Shown in pieces: positions 30,273 to 39,987 of a DNA stretch of 48,812 nt. Location: positions 1 to 48,812 of the forward strand of contig CAZGUY010000002.1 in the NCBI GenBank assembly GCA_964528795.1. The letters run 5' to 3'. The stretch's first letter is position 1. The number at the start of each line of letters is the position of its first letter. A program made the translations under genes and the position numbers. The DNA is from an uncultured Gammaproteobacteria bacterium (GTDB lineage: Bacteria > Patescibacteriota > Patescibacteriia > UBA2591 > UBA6264). The notes under the pieces are model-generated. The model made no database searches and was not told the origin of the DNA. It saw only the letters and a program-made list of their open reading frames with translations.

Positions 30273-32297
30273 ATGTCAGAAGGAAAAGAATCTATAATCT
30301 CAAATATTATTAAATGGGGAATAGTAGTAGTTCTACTTTTACCAATTTTTGTTTACAAGCCTGTTTTATATCCTTATATTTTTTCTAAAGTACTTTTACT
30401 TCAATTAATAGTAGAAGTACTTTTTGTTTTATGGTTATATTTAAGATTTTTTTCTAAAAATAAAGAAAAATACAAAATTAAATGGAAACACCCTTTAGTT
30501 TTATTTGTTAGTTTGTTTGTAGGTGTCTTGTTTATAAGTGCTATATTTGGAGCTAATTTTTATAAAAGCTTTTGGAGTACTCAAGAAAGAATGACTGGTC
30601 TTTTAACTATATCTCATTTATATGGTTTGTTTTTAATTCTTATTAGCTGTTTTAAAAAAGAAAAACATTGGAAGTTTTTCTTATGGAGCACATTAATTGT
30701 TTCTTTTTTGGTTGGTCTTTATGGTATAGGTCAAAAACTAGGTTTAAAGTTTTTATTACATGGTAATATTCGAAGAATGAGTTCTACTTTAGGCAACCCT
30801 GACTTTTTAGGGGTTTATGCGATGATGCATGTCTTTTTAGGTAGTTTCTTATTTTTAAATCAAAAAAGGTTAATTGGAAAAATTTTTAGTATTGTTTTTG
30901 CTTTGTTTAATTTAGTCGTCATGCTTTTGACTGGAACTAGGGCTTCGTTACTTGGTCTTTTAATTGGGATATTTTTCTTTTTAGCTTATTTGATTTTTAA
31001 TAAAAATGTAAAAACTATTTTAAGGGTTGGCTTATTAGTATTTTTAATTTTGATAATTGGATTCTTTGCTTTTGTAAGAATAAATCAAGATTCAAAATTA
31101 GTAAAAAATTCACCAGTTGCTATAAGGCGGTTGGCTAATACAAGCATAAAAGGATCAAAGGCAAGGCTTTTGTCTTGGCAATCTGGCTTAAAAGGTTTTT
31201 TAAATCGTCCTGTTTTAGGCTGGGGAATAGAAAACTATAATTTAGTTTTTAATAAATTTTATAACCCTTGGCATTTAACTAGAGGAGTGGCTACTACTTG
31301 GTTTGATAAATCACACAATCAAGTTATAGATCTTTTGGCTTTGTCAGGAGTTTTAGGGACTCTAATGTATCTTTTAATATTTGGTTCTATATTTTATGTT
31401 TTATTTAAAAAGAAAAGAACTGATATTCAAAAGAAAAAACAAGATAATCTAAAAAAGATTAATAAGATAAAAGCAGGTAAGGTAATTTTATTTGTTTTCT
31501 TTATAGCTTATTTTATTCAAAACTTATTTGTTTTTGATACTCCAGCTCCTTTAATTGTATTTTATTTTAGTTTAGGTTTAGCTTATTTTGTTTCTACAAA
31601 AGGTTTAAGAAATAAACAAGATAATAAAAATAAAAAAGAAGAGAAAAGCCAATCTAAAATACCTTTGCCTGTATTTGTGGTTTTGGCAATTTTATTTTTA
31701 ATAATTAGCATTTATAATTTCAATATTATACCTTTTAAATCTTCTAAACTAGGGGTTAAAGCTATAAATATATCAAAAAAGGATCTAATGTCAGGTTTGA
31801 ATTATTTTCAAAAATCTTTAAATTATCCCAATTTTACTAATTTAGAGATTAGAAGAGAACTAGCTAAAAGATTAACTAAAGAATACAAAAGTACAGATTT
31901 TGATCCCCAAATATTAGGCAAAATGACAGAATTTGCTATTTCAGAATACAAAAAGTCAATTAAAACCTATCCTAAAAATGCTCGGGTTTTATTATATTTT
32001 GGAAAAATTTATAATCTAGCTTCCCGCTATAATAAAGATTATACAAAAGATGCTAAAAAAATGTTAGAAAAAGCTCTAGAATTTTCCCCAAAAAGACAAC
32101 AAATTTATTTTGAATTAGCTAACAGCTATATTTTAGAAGGGAATTACAAAAAAGGTTTGGACTTGTACAAAAGAGGGGTTGAGCTTGAGCCAAAAGCTGG
32201 AATTTCAAAAAGAAATTTTAAACAATTAATAAATCAGTTAAAAGATAAAAAGCCTGATTTAATAAAACCTTATCAAAAATATTTAAAAAGTTTGTAA
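30273..32297 (+). CDS. O-antigen ligase/polymerase (Wzy_C-like) membrane protein with C-terminal TPR repeats
   Basis: 674 aa with at least 10 TM helices, the loop motif LLTGTRASLLGLLIG, and C-terminal TPR-like repeats (YPKNARVLLYFGKIY..., ALEFSPKRQQIYFELANSY...). Confidence 0.75.
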   Translation: MSEGKESIISNIIKWGIVVVLLLPIFVYKPVLYPYIFSKVLLLQLIVEVLFVLWLYLRFFSKNKEKYKIKWKHPLVLFVSLFVGVLFISAIFGANFYKSFWSTQERMTGLLTISHLYGLFLILISCFKKEKHWKFFLWSTLIVSFLVGLYGIGQKLGLKFLLHGNIRRMSSTLGNPDFLGVYAMMHVFLGSFLFLNQKRLIGKIFSIVFALFNLVVMLLTGTRASLLGLLIGIFFFLAYLIFNKNVKTILRVGLLVFLILIIGFFAFVRINQDSKLVKNSPVAIRRLANTSIKGSKARLLSWQSGLKGFLNRPVLGWGIENYNLVFNKFYNPWHLTRGVATTWFDKSHNQVIDLLALSGVLGTLMYLLIFGSIFYVLFKKKRTDIQKKKQDNLKKINKIKAGKVILFVFFIAYFIQNLFVFDTPAPLIVFYFSLGLAYFVSTKGLRNKQDNKNKKEEKSQSKIPLPVFVVLAILFLIISIYNFNIIPFKSSKLGVKAINISKKDLMSGLNYFQKSLNYPNFTNLEIRRELAKRLTKEYKSTDFDPQILGKMTEFAISEYKKSIKTYPKNARVLLYFGKIYNLASRYNKDYTKDAKKMLEKALEFSPKRQQIYFELANSYILEGNYKKGLDLYKRGVELEPKAGISKRNFKQLINQLKDKKPDLIKPYQKYLKSL

Positions 32298-32304
32298 TAA
32301 AGGG

Positions 32305-32351
32305 TTGACAAATCTACGCTTTGTGTATAAAATTAACGATGAGAGCGTTAA
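32305..32351 (+). promoter_or_regulatory. Promoter TTGACA-N17-TAAAAT with inverted repeat TTAACG-N7-CGTTAA at the start site
   Basis: -35 at 32305-32310, -10 at 32328-32333, and inverted repeat at 32333-32351, directly upstream of the AbiEi-like gene. Confidence 0.5.
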
Positions 32352-32375
32352 TTCTTTTAACAAATAGTAGTTTTT

Positions 32376-33197
32376 ATGAAAAATCCCAAAACTATTGGCA
32401 CAACAAGCGCAAATCTTATTAAAGAGCTTTACAATAAAGATAAGGTTATTTTTGATATTAAAGATGTGGAAAAAATCACTGGTTTAAGTTATTTTTCAGC
32501 TGGAAGATTAATTTCAGAACTAAAAAAAAGGAATATTATTTCTTCACTTAAAAAGGGTAAACATATAATAGTCCCCCAAAATTTTAACAGTGTTAAAAAA
32601 TATCTTGGTAATTGGTTTGTTGCAGCTAAAAATATTATTAACTCTAAATATTATTATATTGGTTTTTATACTGCTATGGATTTTTGGGGCATGTTAACCC
32701 ATCCAGTAAACAAGGTTATAATTGCTTCTTCTAAACGTCAATCTTGCCCCAAGGATTTAGAAGATGTATTTCAGTTTGTTTTTCTTAATGGAAAATTTAT
32801 TTTTGGGGTTACTAATGAATGGGTGAAAAAAGACACAAAGGTTCGTTTTTCAAGCATAGAAAAAACAATTTTGGATGGTTTATTTCATCCAAAATATTGT
32901 GGAGGAATTTCAGAAATAGCAACAGGAATATATTTAGTTAAAGATAAAATAGATTTTCAAAGCTTGATGAAGTATGTTGAGAAGTATAATAAAAATGTTA
33001 TAGCTAAACGATTGGGATATATTTTGGAAATTTTAGAATTAGGCAATAAGGAAATTTATAAAAAACTGCAACAGTATGTTAAGGAAAGGTATGATTTATT
33101 TGACCCTAGCTTAGAAAGAGAAAGTTTAAATAGGAACAGGTGGCATATAATTGATAATGTCAGCCCTGAACAGATTAAAAAAAATATCAAAAACTAA
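32376..33197 (+). CDS. AbiEi-like antitoxin/transcriptional regulator (type IV TA)
   Basis: 273 aa. N-terminal wHTH (DVEKITGLSYFSAGRLISELKKRNII) and a position immediately upstream of an AbiEii-type nucleotidyltransferase. Confidence 0.7.
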   Translation: MKNPKTIGTTSANLIKELYNKDKVIFDIKDVEKITGLSYFSAGRLISELKKRNIISSLKKGKHIIVPQNFNSVKKYLGNWFVAAKNIINSKYYYIGFYTAMDFWGMLTHPVNKVIIASSKRQSCPKDLEDVFQFVFLNGKFIFGVTNEWVKKDTKVRFSSIEKTILDGLFHPKYCGGISEIATGIYLVKDKIDFQSLMKYVEKYNKNVIAKRLGYILEILELGNKEIYKKLQQYVKERYDLFDPSLERESLNRNRWHIIDNVSPEQIKKNIKN

Positions 33198-33199
33198 CT

Positions 33200-33991
33200 A
33201 TGATAAATTATAATCAGGTTCAAAAAATTGCTTCTGATTTATCGTTACCAGAAAAAACTATTGAAAAAGATTATTTTATTGAGTTATTACTTTATTATAT
33301 TTCCCTAAACAATGATTTAGAGGAATTAATTTTTCGTGGTGGCACTTGTTTAAAAAAGATATATTTTCCAAATTATCGTTTTTCAGAAGATCTAGATTTT
33401 TTAGTTAAAAGTAATTTAACTGATTTAACAAAGTATGTATCAAAAGTTTTAAACGGCCTTAATAGTGATTTTCCTGTGGAATCTGAAGAAATAAAAGAAA
33501 AGAGAGTATTAAAAAATAATCGTCTTCAGATATTTTTTACATATAATATCGTGCCAGAAATTTTATCTAAAAAGGAAAAAATATTAAAAGTAGATATTGT
33601 AAAAGATAATTTTATACCCCCTATAAAAGATAGATCACTTAAGTTTAGTTACAAGGATCTAAAAGGTCTAAAATCAAGTTTATTAAGTTATGATTTAGAA
33701 TCTATTATAGCAGACAAAATTGGACGATTATTAGATGTTGTTAATGAACCACGAGATATATATGATTTGTGGAAATTAATGAAAAAAGATTTAGACTTTG
33801 AAAAGATATTAAAAGTATTTGAGAATAAACATGGCTACTCCTTAAATATTAATGCTTTAATATCAGAAGTTCAAAAGTCAAATTATATGGTCGACTGGGA
33901 AAGAAGATTATCACATCAGATTGCTGATCTGCCAGATTTTAAAAAGGTAAGATTGGAACTTAGAAATTTAATTAAACAAAAATTAGATTAA
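33200..33991 (+). CDS. AbiEii/AbiGii-family nucleotidyltransferase toxin
   Basis: 263 aa with EKDYFIE and FRGGTCLKKIY..YRFSEDLDF motifs typical of the family. Confidence 0.8.
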   Translation: MINYNQVQKIASDLSLPEKTIEKDYFIELLLYYISLNNDLEELIFRGGTCLKKIYFPNYRFSEDLDFLVKSNLTDLTKYVSKVLNGLNSDFPVESEEIKEKRVLKNNRLQIFFTYNIVPEILSKKEKILKVDIVKDNFIPPIKDRSLKFSYKDLKGLKSSLLSYDLESIIADKIGRLLDVVNEPRDIYDLWKLMKKDLDFEKILKVFENKHGYSLNINALISEVQKSNYMVDWERRLSHQIADLPDFKKVRLELRNLIKQKLD

Positions 33992-34017
33992 TAGAAAAGT
34001 AAGTTTTGGTTGAGTGT

Positions 34018-34120
34018 TACCTGTGAGGTAGTGGTTAACCTCTAGGGTTCACTATATAAATAATAATTCGAATCTCCACTTGAGTGTGGAGGTCTTTCCT
34101 CCGAAGGAGGTGAGTCCTCC
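34018..34120. repeat. GC-rich hairpin cluster, copy 8
   Basis: TACCT-GTG-AGGTA, GGTTAACC, CTCCAC-N6-GTGGAG (34074-34091), CCTCC-GAA-GGAGG (34098-34110) and GGAGG-N5-CCTCC (34106-34120). Confidence 0.6.
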
Positions 34121-34143
34121 AGAGTTAAATAAATAATAATTTT

Positions 34144-35268
34144 ATGAAAACAATTAAAAATATTAAAAACTTAAAAGATAAAAAAGTTTTAATAAGAGTT
34201 GATTTTAATTGCCCAATTAAAGACGGCAAAGTAATAAATGATTTTAGAATTAAAAAAGCTTTACCTACTATAAAGTATTTAAAAGAAAATCAAGCTAAAA
34301 TTATCTTAATGACCCATTTAGGCAGGCCTAAAGGAAAAAGAAATGAAAAGTTTAGTTTAAAACCAGTTTATAAAGCCCTTAAAAATTATTTACCACAAGC
34401 AAAGTTTGTAAATGATTGTCTTGGCAAAAAAGTAGATAAAAAAATAAATGATTTAAATTCGGGCCAAGTTTTACTTTTAGAAAATTTAAGATTTTATCCT
34501 GGTGAAAAACAAAATGATTTAGAATTTGCTAAAAAATTAGCTCAAGGAAAAGATTTATTTGTAAATGATGCTTTTGGGGTGAGTCATAGAAAGCATGCTT
34601 CAGTTTATGGCATTTTAAATCACCTACCCCATGTAGCTGGTCTTCTTTTAGAAAAGGAAGTCAAAAATTTAAAAGAGATTTTAGAAAAACAAAAACATCC
34701 CTTTGTAGTTTTAATGGGGGGAGTTAAAGTTTCTACTAAAATCAAAACAATTGAAAAATTATTAGAAAAAGCTGATAAAATTCTTTTAGGGGGTGGTTTG
34801 GCTAATACTTTTGCAAAAGCTAAAGGAATTGATATAAAATCTTCAGTTTTTGAGCCGGATATGGTTGAAAAAGCAAGTAAACTTTTACAAAATAACAAAA
34901 TTATACTACCCCAAGATTTTAAAAAGACCCAAGGTGAAAATCCTAAATTTTATGATATAGGAGAAAAAACAATTGATAGTTTTTCAAACCTTTTAAAAAG
35001 TGCTAAAATGATACTATGGAATGGACCAATAGGTTACTTTGAAAAACAAGTTTTTGCTAAGGGAACTAAGAGCTTAGCAAATGTTATTTTACAAAATCAA
35101 AAGTCAAAAACAGTAATTGGGGGAGGAGAGACAATTAGTTCACTTTTTAAGTTAACTGATTATAAAGAAGAAAAATATAAAAATGTCTTTGTTTCAACTG
35201 GGGGCGGTTCTCTTTTAGAATTTTTATCAAATGGAACCCTGCCTACAATTGAAAAGTTAAAAAAATAA
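34144..35268 (+). CDS. pgk: Phosphoglycerate kinase
   Basis: 374 aa. RVDFNCPI, MTHLGRPKG and the C-terminal GGGETI...STGGGSLLEFL motifs. Confidence 0.95.
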   Translation: MKTIKNIKNLKDKKVLIRVDFNCPIKDGKVINDFRIKKALPTIKYLKENQAKIILMTHLGRPKGKRNEKFSLKPVYKALKNYLPQAKFVNDCLGKKVDKKINDLNSGQVLLLENLRFYPGEKQNDLEFAKKLAQGKDLFVNDAFGVSHRKHASVYGILNHLPHVAGLLLEKEVKNLKEILEKQKHPFVVLMGGVKVSTKIKTIEKLLEKADKILLGGGLANTFAKAKGIDIKSSVFEPDMVEKASKLLQNNKIILPQDFKKTQGENPKFYDIGEKTIDSFSNLLKSAKMILWNGPIGYFEKQVFAKGTKSLANVILQNQKSKTVIGGGETISSLFKLTDYKEEKYKNVFVSTGGGSLLEFLSNGTLPTIEKLKK

Positions 35269-35278
35269 TTTATAAATT

Positions 35279-36541
35279 ATGTCTAAAATAAAAAATATAA
35301 AAGCAAGAGAAATTTTAAATGCTAGAAGCATTCCTACTCTTGAAGTTAAGATTGAGCTTGAAAACGGAGTTATAGCTAACGCTAGTGTTCCTTCTGGTTC
35401 TTCAACAGGTGAGTGGGAGGCTCATGAGCTAAGAGATAAAGACTCAAAAAGGTTTAATGGCAAAGGAGTTGAATCAGCTGTTTTTAATGTAAATGAGAAA
35501 ATTGGGCCTGAAATTAAGGGCTTAGAACCTAACCCGAAAAAAATAGATGATATTATGCTTGACCTTGATGGAACAGAAAACAAAACTCAGCTTGGTGCTA
35601 ATTCTATTTTAGGGGTTTCTTTGGCTGTTACGCGCGTTTCAGCTAAAGATCAGGGTTTGCCTTTATATAAGTTTATAAGGCATGCTTTTGATTTATCAGA
35701 ACTAAATTTTGAATTACCAACCCCTCTTTTTAATGTTGTAAATGGAGGAGTTCATGCTGATTCAGGCTTGGATGTTCAAGAGCATACTTTAGTTCCAAAA
35801 GGACCTAAAACTTTTTCTGAAAAATTACAAGTTGGAGTAGAAGCTTTTTGGTCTTTAAAGCGACTTTTGCAAAACCAAGGCTTAAGTACTGGGGTAGGTT
35901 ATGAAGGGGGCTTTGCTCCAAGACTTGGTTCTACAATTGATGTTTTTGAAATGCTGGTAAGAGCAATTGAATTAGCAAGACTGAAAATAGGAGATGACAT
36001 TTACTTTGGATTAGATGTAGCTGCTTCAGAACTTTATAATGAAAAAAATAAAAGATATGATTTTGAAGGCAAAAAAAGAAAAGCTAAAGATATGCTTAAA
36101 ATTTATAATAAATGGATTAAAAGATATCCAGTTTGTTTAATAGAAGACCCTTTTGATGAAGATGATTGGGAGCCCTGGACTCAGTTTACTCAAAAAATGA
36201 GAAGAATTGATAAAGATTTCTTAATTATTGGAGATGATTTGTTTACTACAAATACTGATCGTTTGGTTTTAGGCCTTGAAAGGGATGCAGCTAATTCTAT
36301 TTTAATAAAACCAAATCAAATTGGAACTTTAACAGAAACTATTGACTGTATAAAAATGGCTAAAGAAAATAATTTTGAATTTGTTATCTCACATAGATCC
36401 GGAGAAACAAATGATTCCTTTATAGCCGACCTGTCAGTTGCTACTAACGCCCCTTATATCAAGGCTGGTGCCCCAAATAGGGGAGAAAGGGTAGCAAAAT
36501 ATAATAGGTTGTTAGAAATAGAAAATGAGTTAAATAAATAA
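35279..36541 (+). CDS. eno: Enolase
   Basis: 420 aa. SVPSGSSTGEWEAHELRD, IKPNQIGTLTET and SHRSGETNDSFIADL. Confidence 0.95.
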   Translation: MSKIKNIKAREILNARSIPTLEVKIELENGVIANASVPSGSSTGEWEAHELRDKDSKRFNGKGVESAVFNVNEKIGPEIKGLEPNPKKIDDIMLDLDGTENKTQLGANSILGVSLAVTRVSAKDQGLPLYKFIRHAFDLSELNFELPTPLFNVVNGGVHADSGLDVQEHTLVPKGPKTFSEKLQVGVEAFWSLKRLLQNQGLSTGVGYEGGFAPRLGSTIDVFEMLVRAIELARLKIGDDIYFGLDVAASELYNEKNKRYDFEGKKRKAKDMLKIYNKWIKRYPVCLIEDPFDEDDWEPWTQFTQKMRRIDKDFLIIGDDLFTTNTDRLVLGLERDAANSILIKPNQIGTLTETIDCIKMAKENNFEFVISHRSGETNDSFIADLSVATNAPYIKAGAPNRGERVAKYNRLLEIENELNK

Positions 36542-36545
36542 ACTT

Positions 36546-38135
36546 ATGTTTGATAAATCAAAAATAAATAAAAAAGTACTTTTAATGATTTTAGATGGCT
36601 GGGGCTTGGCTCCACCTGGAGAAGGTAATGCTATTGCAAGAGCTAATACTCCGTTTTTTGATTCTTTAAAAACAGATCATAGTTTTACAAAACTTTGTGC
36701 TCATGGTGAGTGTGTTGGTTTACCAGAAGGTCAGCCAGGTAATTCTGAAGCAGGTCATCTAAATTTAGGAGCAGGAAGAGTTGTTTTAGATGATGCCGTT
36801 CATATTACAAATACAATTGAAAATGGTAAGTTTTTTAAAAATAAAGCATTTTTAAAAGGAATTGATTATATTAAAGATACTAAGGGCAAGGTTCATTTAA
36901 TGGGTCTTGTTACAGAAGATAATTCCCCTCATTCATGTCCAAAACATTGGTTAGCTATGATAGACTTTTTAGAACAAAAAGGAATTGATGAGGTCTTTTT
37001 ACATCTTTTTACTGATGGTAGGGATTCGGGTCAACATGCTGCTCCAAAAATTTTAGAAAGATTTGAAAACAAAATTATTTGTCGTCGCCAAGAAAACAAT
37101 GGTAGTCATTGTATTGAGGTAAAAATAGCTAGTATAGCAGGTCGTTTTTATGCTATGGATCGAACCAAACATTGGGAAAGAATTAAAAAGGTTTATAAAA
37201 TGCTTACCCAAGGAAAAGGTTTTAAAGCTGATTCAGGCAAAGAAGCTATCCTCCAAGGTTACAATAGGGGAGAAACTGATGAATTTATAAAACCAACCGT
37301 AGTCACAAAAGATAAAAAACCAGTTGCTAAAGTTGAAGACGGAGATTTGATAGCTTTTTTAAACCTTCGTTCTGATAGAGCTAGAGAACTTACTAAAGCT
37401 TTTGTTCAAGATGATTTTTTAGATGACAACCCTAATGCTTTTAAAAGAGAAAAATATCCAGATACATTTTTTATAGCTTTAACTGATTTCGGACCTGATT
37501 TAGATGATATAAAGACAGCCTATCCTTCCAAGCCAGTTAAAAAAAGTTTACCAGTTGTTTTAGACGGTTTAAGACAATTATATATTTCAGAAACCGAAAA
37601 GTATGCCCATGTTACCTTTTTCTTTAATGGTGGACATGCTGATCCGGTTTTTGGTGAGGATAGAGTTTTAATTCCTTCTCCTGAAGTTCAGTCTTATAAA
37701 GATGCTCCTTTTATGAGAGCTGATAAAATTACTGACACTATTATCAAAAAAGCTCAAAAACAGGATTATTCTTTTATAACAGTAAATTACCCTAATGGAG
37801 ACATGTTAGGTCATACTGGAGATATAGATGCAGCAGTTAAGGGTCTTACATTTTTAGATAAAAAAGCTAAGTATTTAACAGAAAAAATGAGAGAAAAAGG
37901 TTATATTGTAATTGTAACAGCTGATCATGGTGGGCCAGAAGAAATGATTAATCCTGAAACACAAGAGCCAGAAACTAGACATACTGTAAATAAAGTTCCT
38001 TTTGCTATTATTTCAGATAAAGATTATAAATTAAAAGACAAAGGTAAATTAGGTAATGTTGCTCCAACAATTTTAGATATTTTTGGAATTGAAAAGCCTG
38101 ATATAATGACAGGTAAATCTTTAATTGAAAAATAA
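36546..38135 (+). CDS. gpmI: 2,3-bisphosphoglycerate-independent phosphoglycerate mutase, copy 1 (divergent)
   Basis: 529 aa. LDGWG, GNSEAGHLNLGAGR, TDGRD, YAHVTFFFNGG, GDMLGHTG and TADHGG. Confidence 0.85.
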   Translation: MFDKSKINKKVLLMILDGWGLAPPGEGNAIARANTPFFDSLKTDHSFTKLCAHGECVGLPEGQPGNSEAGHLNLGAGRVVLDDAVHITNTIENGKFFKNKAFLKGIDYIKDTKGKVHLMGLVTEDNSPHSCPKHWLAMIDFLEQKGIDEVFLHLFTDGRDSGQHAAPKILERFENKIICRRQENNGSHCIEVKIASIAGRFYAMDRTKHWERIKKVYKMLTQGKGFKADSGKEAILQGYNRGETDEFIKPTVVTKDKKPVAKVEDGDLIAFLNLRSDRARELTKAFVQDDFLDDNPNAFKREKYPDTFFIALTDFGPDLDDIKTAYPSKPVKKSLPVVLDGLRQLYISETEKYAHVTFFFNGGHADPVFGEDRVLIPSPEVQSYKDAPFMRADKITDTIIKKAQKQDYSFITVNYPNGDMLGHTGDIDAAVKGLTFLDKKAKYLTEKMREKGYIVIVTADHGGPEEMINPETQEPETRHTVNKVPFAIISDKDYKLKDKGKLGNVAPTILDIFGIEKPDIMTGKSLIEK

Positions 38136-38138
38136 TTT

Positions 38139-39713
38139 ATGGAAAATAAAAAAATTAAGCCAGCTTTACTTTTAATATTAGATGGTTATGGAATTGCTCC
38201 CCCAAGTCAAGGTAATGCTGTTTCTTTGGCTGATAAGCCTGTATTAGATAAATTACTTTGTAATTTTCCAAGCTTTACTCTTCAATCTTCTGGAGAATCA
38301 GTTGGTCTAAGTTGGGGAGAGCCAGGAAATTCAGAAGTGGGTCATTTAAATTTAGGAGCTGGTAAAATTATTTGGCAAAAACTACCCCGAATTAATCGTG
38401 CTATAAGAAGGGGTAGTTTTTTAGAAAATAAAGAATTTTTAAATGCTATAAGTCACGTAAAAAAACATGACTCAAACCTTCATATAATGGGGCTTTGCTC
38501 TAATGGGGGAGTTCATTCTTCAATTTTGCATATGTTTGCTCTTTTAGAAATGGCTAAAAAAGAAAATGTAAAAAATGTTTATATTCATGTTTTTTTAGAT
38601 GGTAGAGACACTGACAAAAAAGCAGGCAAAGCTCAAGTCAAAGAAATTGTTAAAAAATGCAAAAGTTTAGGAGTAGGAGAAATTGCCACTATATCGGGTC
38701 GTGCTTTTGCTATGGATAGGGACCAAAATTGGGATAGAATTGAAACAGCTTATTTAGCTATGGCTAAGGGGGTAGCCCAAGATGAATTTGAAGACCCAAT
38801 AAAAGCTATTGAGTCTTCTTATAAATCTGGTATTTATGATGAAAGTTTTAAACCAGTTATAATAGCTAAACATAATAAACCAAAAGCTACAATTTCTAAT
38901 AATGATAGTTTAATATTTTTTAATTTTAGAGGAGATAGAGCTAGAGAAATTAGCCAAGTTTTTAATAAAAAAGACTTTAATAAATTTAAAAGAAAAGATA
39001 TTAAAAATTTATATTTTGTAGGTATGAATGAATACGGGGATGGCTTACCTAAACATGTTGCTTTTCCACCTATAAAAATTGATAATCCAATTTCTAAAAT
39101 TATATCTGACAAAAGTTTTAGTCAATTTCATATTGCTGAAAGTGAAAAGTATGCCCATGTAACTTATTTTTTCAATGGGGGTAGGGAAGAGGCTTTTAAG
39201 GGTGAAAAAAGGGTGGTAATTCCTTCTCCTAAGGTTAGCTCGTACGATAAAAAACCTAAAATGGCTGCTAAAGAATTACTTCACCAAACTCTTTGGGCAA
39301 TAGATTCTGGAAAATATAAATTTATAGTTTTAAATTTTGCTAATCCTGATATGGTAGGTCATACTGGCAATCTTCAAGCGACTGTAAAATCAATTGAATA
39401 TCTTGATTTTGCAATAGGAGAAATTGCTAAAATGACCTTAAAGCAAGGTTGGTCTTTAGTTATAACAGCTGATCATGGTAATGCTGAGGTTTTAGTGGAT
39501 CCTATGACAGGAGAAATAGATAAAAAGCATAATAAAAGTCCAGTTCCCTTTATAGTAGTAGATAATGATTTTAAAAAAGAAAAACCTCTTGACGAAATAC
39601 CAAAATTATATAATATAACACCTAGTGGAGTGTTGGCTGATGTTTCCCCAACAATCCTTAGGTTAATGGGAATTAAAATTCCCAATGATATGACTGGAAC
39701 CAGTCTATTATAA
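38139..39713 (+). CDS. gpmI: 2,3-bisphosphoglycerate-independent phosphoglycerate mutase, copy 2 (canonical motifs)
   Basis: 524 aa. LDGYG, GNSEVGHLNLGAGK, LDGRD, YAHVTYFFNGG, PDMVGHTG and TADHGN. Confidence 0.9.
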   Translation: MENKKIKPALLLILDGYGIAPPSQGNAVSLADKPVLDKLLCNFPSFTLQSSGESVGLSWGEPGNSEVGHLNLGAGKIIWQKLPRINRAIRRGSFLENKEFLNAISHVKKHDSNLHIMGLCSNGGVHSSILHMFALLEMAKKENVKNVYIHVFLDGRDTDKKAGKAQVKEIVKKCKSLGVGEIATISGRAFAMDRDQNWDRIETAYLAMAKGVAQDEFEDPIKAIESSYKSGIYDESFKPVIIAKHNKPKATISNNDSLIFFNFRGDRAREISQVFNKKDFNKFKRKDIKNLYFVGMNEYGDGLPKHVAFPPIKIDNPISKIISDKSFSQFHIAESEKYAHVTYFFNGGREEAFKGEKRVVIPSPKVSSYDKKPKMAAKELLHQTLWAIDSGKYKFIVLNFANPDMVGHTGNLQATVKSIEYLDFAIGEIAKMTLKQGWSLVITADHGNAEVLVDPMTGEIDKKHNKSPVPFIVVDNDFKKEKPLDEIPKLYNITPSGVLADVSPTILRLMGIKIPNDMTGTSLL

Positions 39714-39736
39714 CTTAAACATAAAGGAGGAAATTT

Positions 39737-39898
39737 GTGAAATTTAAAAAAGGGGATAAGATATCTCTTGAAAAACTGAAAGAAAAAGGTTGGAAAAAGC
39801 TTGATAGAACTAAAAATACTTTTGGATTATATGGAAAAGGTAAAAGTAGATTATTGTATGATTATGATAGAGAAAAAGTAAGAGTAGTTTGGGATTGA
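39737..39898 (+). CDS. Small basic hypothetical protein (53 aa, GTG start)
   Basis: AAGGAGG 7 nt upstream of GTG 39737, and a terminator follows immediately. Absent from the ORF track because of its length. Confidence 0.5.
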   Translation: MKFKKGDKISLEKLKEKGWKKLDRTKNTFGLYGKGKSRLLYDYDREKVRVVWD

Positions 39899-39912
39899 TT
39901 GAACATTAAAAT

Positions 39913-39950
39913 GGGTAAGTTTAAATAAAAACTTACCCTTAATTTTTTTT
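39913..39950 (+). terminator. Intrinsic terminator of the glycolytic operon
   Basis: GGGTAAGTTT-N6-AAACTTACCC followed by TTAATTTTTTTT. Confidence 0.75.
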
Positions 39951-39987
39951 GATTTTTAAAAATTTTATAAATTAAAACAAAAAACTT

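Noticed and set aside
33998-34143. Possible riboswitch or leader RNA in front of pgk formed by the hairpin cluster.
   Set aside because: I recognise no riboswitch consensus. The hairpins share the style of the repeat family found elsewhere (short perfect stems with 3-6-nt loops), so they are listed as a repeat copy. A regulatory role is untested.
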